From NCBI GenBank assembly GCA_964247055.1, contig OZ176053.1:14133899-14197898 (forward strand): a stretch of 64,000 bases of DNA, given 5' to 3'. A model generated the notes under the pieces. That model was not told the origin of the DNA. It did no database searches and was given only the letters and a program-made list of their open reading frames with translations. This document shows positions 57,181 through 64,000 of the stretch, piece after piece (the first letter of the stretch is position 1; each line of letters starts with the position of its first letter). Source of the DNA: Paragordius varius (Eukaryota; Animalia; Nematomorpha). A program made the translations under genes and the position numbers.

Positions 57181-57276
57181 AATGGCACTATCATAGATGT
57201 TTTACCATAAAGAAAGTATTATGAAACAATGGCACTATCAAAGATGTTTTACCATAAAGAAAGTATTATGAAACAA
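57181..57276 (+). repeat. 47-bp tandem duplication with one mismatch
   Basis: aatggcactatcatagatgttttaccataaagaaagtattatgaaac at 57181 is followed by aatggcactatcaaagatgttttaccataaagaaagtattatgaaac at 57228. Confidence 0.95.
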
Positions 57277-57599
57277 AATAATTTTTTATAATTAAACTAC
57301 AGTTTAATACAAATTCTAATTTAGTTTTAGATGCGATTATAATTTAAAATAATAAATTTACTAAAAGAATTATTTTAATAATAATTAATTTTTGTATTCG
57401 TTAAACCTAGATAAAAGAATAGTTTTATGTTAACGCTTAGTCTTGTTTTAGGTCGATTAGATATTATTTTATCACAATTTATAATCAATATAATTGATAT
57501 AATTTTTATTAACAACATCTTGCACATAAAATTATTATTATTTTTATTTATTTAATTAGAAAAAATGATCAATACCAGATTTATTCATTATAATAAACA

Positions 57600-58040
57600 A
57601 TATACAAAATTTTTTATAATACTTTAATTGTAACACGTAATTACTGTGTTCTAATTCAAATATATAATAGGATATAAAAGACTTGCATTAAAAACATAAT
57701 AATAAATTCCAAATTCTCAATAATTTGATTATATATAATTCACGCTGTAGTTGAATGCGAAATATTTATCGGTTTTATGTAACAACTTATTAATAAAATT
57801 GATATAAAAATATTTATTTTTTTCAATATTAAAAAAAACTACCATATTTATTTATTATAATAATTATAGTAATATGCAAAATTTAGTTTAATACTTTTAT
57901 TGTAACACGTAATTTTACTCCAATATAAATAAATAATTTTATATAACATAGTCTTTTATTAAAAACATATTATAAAATGTAAAATTTAAATTTAAAATAT
58001 TTAAATTACATGCTGTAGTTGAATGCAAAATATTAATTAA
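57600..58040 (+). repeat. Diverged ~270-bp tandem duplication
   Basis: tgtaacacgtaatt occurs at 57629 and 57901. gctgtagttgaatgc(g/a)aaatatt occurs at 57744 and 58012. Confidence 0.75.
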
Positions 58041-58239
58041 GAAAGTTTATTAAATGATATTTAAAAAAACTGACTTTAATGGCTTGAAATTATCATTATT
58101 TATGCAATTCAACAAATATTATATTTCAAACATATATCTATAAAATCAAACTTTTTTATTATTCTTTTCTGTTCATTTGCCTTTTGGAAAGACTTATTAA
58201 TAAATTTTGTTAAAAAACATTTTGTTCAAATTACATATT

Positions 58240-59383
58240 TGTAACTGATAAAGATTAATCACGCATCAAATTTTAGCGGCAATTAAACAATCTATAGCTT
58301 AATACAATTACAAACTATGATGTTATAAAAAATATAAATAACAAAATTATAACATAAAAAACGCATAAGACAAAATAAGTAAACATCGGTAGAGACAAAT
58401 ATATAAACACATATATAGCCTAATGCATAATGACCACGTATAATAAACTATGAAAATCACATTCCTTTATCTTTAACATGTTATAAAGCTGCGTACGTAC
58501 TGTTTAAAACAATGACGAGAAATAAACGTTTTAAAATGTTGTAAAAAACCTGGTAAAACATTCATGTTTCTAATGCAAAATATCGATTGTGCAAACAAAG
58601 TCAACAGACAAAAAACGCATTAGAAATATAACGTAAGCATCAGGATACTATTTTAAAATATCATAATTATTTAGATGAGCTAAGATTCTTACTAGAATAT
58701 GATATTAATTATTTAAAAAGCCTGTACCATTAAACACAGAAAAATATATATTTTTATACTTTTGATAGAAACAGTTAATCATGCATCAATTAAGCGGAAA
58801 ATATAAAAACACATATATAGTGTAATGCATAATACCCCAAACAGTTAAACTAAAAAAATCACATAATTGTCAACAAAAATAGAATAATTATCTTTTGTAT
58901 TTAACATGTTATCCAGCTGCGAAAGTTCCAATTAAAACTATGATCAAAAAATAAAAATTGCTTTAAAATGTAAAAAAACATTAATGGTCCAATTTAAATA
59001 TCGATGTTGCAAAAAAAATCAACACACAAATAACGCAGAAGATAAAATAAAAACATTAATTCACTGATATATCGAAATTAGGGGCGGCAAGATTCATACT
59101 AGCTTAATACCCCAATCACATAATTGTCAACAAAAATAGAATAATTATCTTTCGTATTTATGATGCCAGCTGCCAAACTTATAACCCAAAAGGTAAAACA
59201 AGTAAACATGAATGCACTGATATATCAAAATATTATTTATATGCGGCAAGATTCATACTAGATTATTATAATTATTAATAAATAGCCTGTATAATAAAAC
59301 ACAGAAAAAAAAATATATTTTTATAATTTTGATACTATTAAAAAAAATAATCATACTCACATCTATAGCGTACATATTGGATC
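58240..59383 (+). repeat. Old, diverged ~0.4-0.5-kb tandem copies related to the inverted-arm sequence
   Basis: aacatgttat...gctgc occurs at 58475 and 58903, versus 59440 in the arm. aaacacatatatag..taatgcataat occurs at ~58405 and ~58807. aagatt(c/t)(a/t)tactag occurs at ~58682, ~59088 and ~59247, versus ~59651. atcacataattgtcaacaaaaatagaataattatcttt occurs at ~58858 and ~59115. Confidence 0.7.
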
Positions 59384-60290
59384 AAAATACCAAACTATGA
59401 AAACATGATTATAAAAAAATTATAATAGTTTTTATCTCTAACATGTTATCGGCTGCAAAAGTACCGTTTTAAACGATAACGAGAAAAGTATGATTAGTTT
59501 ATGTACTAAAAAACATAGTAAAACATTGATGGCCCTAATAAAAAATATCAATATTGCTAACAATTTAAACACACAAATAAAGCGTAAGTTAAAATAACTA
59601 AACAAACATTATATTGATATTTGTAAAAATCATAATTATTAAGGAGTGCTAAGATTTATACTAGGTTATCATATTAATTATTACAATAAAACACATAAAA
59701 AAGCATATTTTCAGTTTTTAGATACCATTAAATAATAATTGAAAACTCGTATTAAAAACATTTATTAAAAAGCTTAAACAATTGTATAGTTGGAAATATG
59801 TGTTTATATTAATTTGGGTGTGTAATTGTTAATTTTGTGATCCCTACATAATGGTGTGATTAAAAGTGAATTCCGGTGGAAATGTTTAAATATGTTTTTT
59901 AATATCTTCTAAAAACACACAAATAAAGCGTAAGTTAAAATAACTAAACAAACATTATATTGATATTTGTAAAAATCATAATTATTAAGGAGTGCTAAGA
60001 TTTATACTAGGTTATCATATTAATTATTACAAAAAACACATAAAAAAGCATATTTTCAGTTTTTAGATACCATTAAATAATAATTGAAAACTCGTATTAA
60101 AAACATTTATTAAAAAGCTTAAACAATTGTATAGTTGGAAATATGTGTTTATATTAATTTGGGTGTGTAATTGTTAATTTTGTGATCCCTACATAATGGT
60201 GTGATTAAAAGTGAATTCCGGTGGAAATGTTTAAATATGTTTTTTAATATCTTCTAACGATTTTAACGAACTGGCGACTGCTAGGAAGAG
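59384..60290 (-). repeat. Right inverted-repeat arm (segments B and A without the PLE insertion), including a 345/346-bp direct tandem duplication
   Basis: It is the reverse complement of 55410 to 55180 joined directly to 54341 to 53944. The internal direct copies are 59567-59910 and 59913-60255, with agtgctaaga at 59645/59991 and ttccgg at 59871/60216. Confidence 0.92.
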
Positions 60291-60646
60291 ACTGACGACA
60301 CATAGAATTCAAAATGACTGACGACGGATAGGGGAATGCCGAAAAATCACTGACGACGGATAGGATGATTGCTGAAAAATGACTGACGACGGATAAGAGG
60401 AATGCTTAAAACAAACTGACGACGGATAAGAACAGACTGACGACAGATAGGATGATTGTTGAAAAATGACTGACGACGGATTGGGAGAATGCAGGAAAAC
60501 CAACTGACGACGGATAGAAAAGGACGGACAAAAACAGACTGACGACGGATAGGGGGATGGCAAACCAACTGACGACGGCTAGAAAGTGACGGACAACGGA
60601 TAGAATGATTGCTGAAAAAATATGCTGAAAACGAACTGACGACGCC
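60291..60646 (-). repeat. Inverted, shorter and more degenerate copy of the CCGTCGTCAGT minisatellite, about 11 cores, abutting the telomere
   Basis: Repeated actgacgac(gg) cores carry spacers such as ataggggaatgccgaaaaa, ataggatgattgctgaaaaatg and gaatgcaggaaaacca, which are reverse complements of the left-arm spacer types. The innermost units mirror the innermost units of the left array. Confidence 0.93.
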
Positions 60647-60647
60647 G

Positions 60648-63600
60648 TTAGGGTTAGGGTTAGGGTTAGGGTTAGGGTTAGGGTTAGGGTTAGGGTTAGG
60701 GTTAGGGTTAGGGTTAGGGTTAGGGTTAGGGTTAGGGTTAGGGTTAGGGTTAGGGTTAGGGTTAGGGTTAGGGTTAGGGTTAGGGTTAGGGTTAGGGTTA
60801 GGGTTAGGGTTAGGGTTAGGGTTAGGGTTAGGGTTAGGGTTAGGGTTAGGGTTAGGGTTAGGGTTAGGGTTAGGGTTAGGGTTAGGGTTAGGGTTAGGGT
60901 TAGGGTTAAGGTTAGGGTTAGGGTTAGGGTTAGGGTTAGGGTTAGGGTTAGGGTTAGGGTTAGGGTTAGGGTTAGGGTTAGGGTTAGGGTTAGGGTTAGG
61001 GTTAGGGTTAGGGTTAGGGTTAGGGTTAGGGTTAGGGTTAGGGTTAGGGTTAGGGTTAGGGTTAGGGTTAGGGTTAGGGTTAGGGTTAGGGTTAGGGTTA
61101 GGGTTAGGGTTAGGGTTAGGGTTAGGGTTAGGGTTAGGGTTAGGGTTAGGGTTAGGGTTAGGGTTAGGGTTAGGGTTAGGGTTAGGGTTAGGGTTAGGGT
61201 TAGGGTTAGGGTTAGGGTTAGGGTTAGGGTTAGGGTTAGGGTTAGGGTTAGGGTTAGGGTTAGGGTTAGGGTTAGGGTTAGGGTTAGGGTTAGGGTTAGG
61301 GTTAGGGTTAGGGTTAGGGTTAGGGTTAGGGTTAGGGTTAGGGTTAGGGTTAGGGTTAGGGTTAGGGTTAGGGTTAGGGTTAGGGTTAGGGTTAGGGTTA
61401 GGGTTAGGGTTAGGGTTAGGGTTAGGGTTAGGGTTAGGGTTAGGGTTAGGGTTAGGGTTAGGGTTAGGGTTAGGGTTAGGGTTAGGGTTAGGGTTAGGGT
61501 TAGGGTTAGGGTTAGGGTTAGGGTTAGGGTTAGGGTTAGGGTTAGGGTTAGGGTTAGGGTTAGGGTTAGGGTTAGGGTTAGGGTTAGGGTTAGGGTTAGG
61601 GTTAGGGTTAGGGTTAGGGTTAGGGTTAGGGTTAGGGTTAGGGTTAGGGTTAGGGTTAGGGTTAGGGTTAGGGTTAGGGTTAGGGTTAGGGTTAGGGTTA
61701 GGGTTAGGGTTAGGGTTAGGGTTAGGGTTAGGGTTAGGGTTAGGGTTAGGGTTAGGGTTAGGGTTAGGGTTAGGGTTAGGGTTAGGGTTAGGGTTAGGGT
61801 TAGGGTTAGGGTTAGGGTTAGGGTTAGGGTTAGGGTTAGGGTTAGGGTTAGGGTTAGGGTTAGGGTTAGGGTTAGGGTTAGGGTTAGGGTTAGGGTTAGG
61901 GTTAGGGTTAGGGTTAGGGTTAGGGTTAGGGTTAGGGTTAGGGTTAGGGTTAGGGTTAGGGTTAGGGTTAGGGTTAGGGTTAGGGTTAGGGTTAGGGTTA
62001 GGGTTAGGGTTAGGGTTAGGGTTAGGGTTAGGGTTAGGGTTAGGGTTAGGGTTAGGGTTAGGGTTAGGGTTAGGGTTAGGGTTAGGGTTAGGGTTAGGGT
62101 TAGGGTTAGGGTTAGGGTTAGGGTTAGGGTTAGGGTTAGGGTTAGGGTTAGGGTTAGGGTTAGGGTTAGGGTTAGGGTTAGGGTTAGGGTTAGGGTTAGG
62201 GTTAGGGTTAGGGTTAGGGTTAGGGTTAGGGTTAGGGTTAGGGTTAGGGTTAGGGTTAGGGTTAGGGTTAGGGTTAGGGTTAGGGTTAGGGTTAGGGTTA
62301 GGGTTAGGGTTAGGGTTAGGGTTAGGGTTAGGGTTAGGGTTAGGGTTAGGGTTAGGGTTAGGGTTAGGGTTAGGGTTAGGGTTAGGGTTAGGGTTAGGGT
62401 TAGGGTTAGGGTTAGGGTTAGGGTTAGGGTTAGGGTTAGGGTTAGGGTTAGGGTTAGGGTTAGGGTTAGGGTTAGGGTTAGGGTTAGGGTTAGGGTTAGG
62501 GTTAGGGTTAGGGTTAGGGTTAGGGTTAGGGTTAGGGTTAGGGTTAGGGTTAGGGTTAGGGTTAGGGTTAGGGTTAGGGTTAGGGTTAGGGTTAGGGTTA
62601 GGGTTAGGGTTAGGGTTAGGGTTAGGGTTAGGGTTAGGGTTAGGGTTAGGGTTAGGGTTAGGGTTAGGGTTAGGGTTAGGGTTAGGGTTAGGGTTAGGGT
62701 TAGGGTTAGGGTTAGGGTTAGGGTTAGGGTTAGGGTTAGGGTTAGGGTTAGGGTTAGGGTTAGGGTTAGGGTTAGGGTTAGGGTTAGGGTTAGGGTTAGG
62801 GTTAGGGTTAGGGTTAGGGTTAGGGTTAGGGTTAGGGTTAGGGTTAGGGTTAGGGTTAGGGTTAGGGTTAGGGTTAGGGTTAGGGTTAGGGTTAGGGTTA
62901 GGGTTAGGGTTAGGGTTAGGGTTAGGGTTAGGGTTAGGGTTAGGGTTAGGGTTAGGGTTAGGGTTAGGGTTAGGGTTAGGGTTAGGGTTAGGGTTAGGGT
63001 TAGGGTTAGGGTTAGGGTTAGGGTTAGGGTTAGGGTTAGGGTTAGGGTTAGGGTTAGGGTTAGGGTTAGGGTTAGGGTTAGGGTTAGGGTTAGGGTTAGG
63101 GTTAGGGTTAGGGTTAGGGTTAGGGTTAGGGTTAGGGTTAGGGTTAGGGTTAGGGTTAGGGTTAGGGTTAGGGTTAGGGTTAGGGTTAGGGTTAGGGTTA
63201 GGGTTAGGGTTAGGGTTAGGGTTAGGGTTAGGGTTAGGGTTAGGGTTAGGGTTAGGGTTAGGGTTAGGGTTAGGGTTAGGGTTAGGGTTAGGGTTAGGGT
63301 TAGGGTTAGGGTTAGGGTTAGGGTTAGGGTTAGGGTTAGGGTTAGGGTTAGGGTTAGGGTTAGGGTTAGGGTTAGGGTTAGGGTTAGGGTTAGGGTTAGG
63401 GTTAGGGTTAGGGTTAGGGTTAGGGTTAGGGTTAGGGTTAGGGTTAGGGTTAGGGTTAGGGTTAGGGTTAGGGTTAGGGTTAGGGTTAGGGTTAGGGTTA
63501 GGGTTAGGGTTAGGGTTAGGGTTAGGGTTAGGGTTAGGGTTAGGGTTAGGGTTAGGGTTAGGGTTAGGGTTAGGGTTAGGGTTAGGGTTAGGGTTAGGGT

Positions 63601-64000
63601 TAGGGTTAGGGTTAGGGTTAGGGTTAGGGTTAGGGTTAGGGTTAGGGTTAGGGTTAGGGTTAGGGTTAGGGTTAGGGTTAGGGTTAGGGTTAGGGTTAGG
63701 GTTAGGGTTAGGGTTAGGGTTAGGGTTAGGGTTAGGGTTAGGGTTAGGGTTAGGGTTAGGGTTAGGGTTAGGGTTAGGGTTAGGGTTAGGGTTAGGGTTA
63801 GGGTTAGGGTTAGGGTTAGGGTTAGGGTTAGGGTTAGGGTTAGGGTTAGGGTTAGGGTTAGGGTTAGGGTTAGGGTTAGGGTTAGGGTTAGGGTTAGGGT
63901 TAGGGTTAGGGTTAGGGTTAGGGTTAGGGTTAGGGTTAGGGTTAGGGTTAGGGTTAGGGTTAGGGTTAGGGTTAGGGTTAGGGTTAGGGTTAGGGTTAGG
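60648..64000 (+). repeat. Telomeric (TTAGGG)n array, about 558 repeats, G-rich strand running 5' to 3' towards the window end
   Basis: TTAGGG is uninterrupted from 60648 to the end of the window, apart from one TTAAGG variant seen at 60906-60911. The orientation is that expected for a right chromosome end. Confidence 0.99.

Larger units (their letters stand above)
55411..58240. other. Very AT-rich non-coding spacer with small local duplications
   Basis: The supplied track has no ORF here and I recognise no protein motif. It contains a 47-bp tandem pair and a diverged ~270-bp pair. Confidence 0.6.

Noticed and set aside
60309-60568. Two minus-strand ORFs (84 and 73 aa)
   Set aside because: Same artefact in the inverted minisatellite copy.

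Overview
This window is the right-hand end of a very AT-rich eukaryotic chromosome, and I find no intact protein-coding or RNA gene in it. From left to right: (1) 1-52912, a head-to-tail 173-bp satellite of about 306 monomers, organised into local higher-order repeats (9-11-mer, 15-mer, and a ~6.9-kb 40-mer with a nested 16-mer). (2) 52913-60646, a ~7.7-kb foldback-like block. Its two arms are inverted copies, each made of a 33/35-bp CCGTCGTCAGT minisatellite at the outer end plus ~0.6 kb of AT-rich arm sequence, around a ~4-kb spacer. (3) The left arm is interrupted by a ~840-bp 5'-truncated, decayed Penelope-like retroelement on the minus strand. It has a recognisable GIY-YIG endonuclease remnant, a candidate 7-bp target-site duplication and a degenerate hammerhead-ribozyme-like motif. 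(4) 60648-64000, an almost pure (TTAGGG)n telomere that starts directly at a minisatellite core of the shorter right arm. The ORFs in the supplied track are artefacts: stop-free frames through the minisatellite, and one antisense shadow of the GIY-YIG remnant. The species cannot be determined from the sequence alone. All alignments and periods were read by eye, so boundaries are approximate unless stated otherwise.
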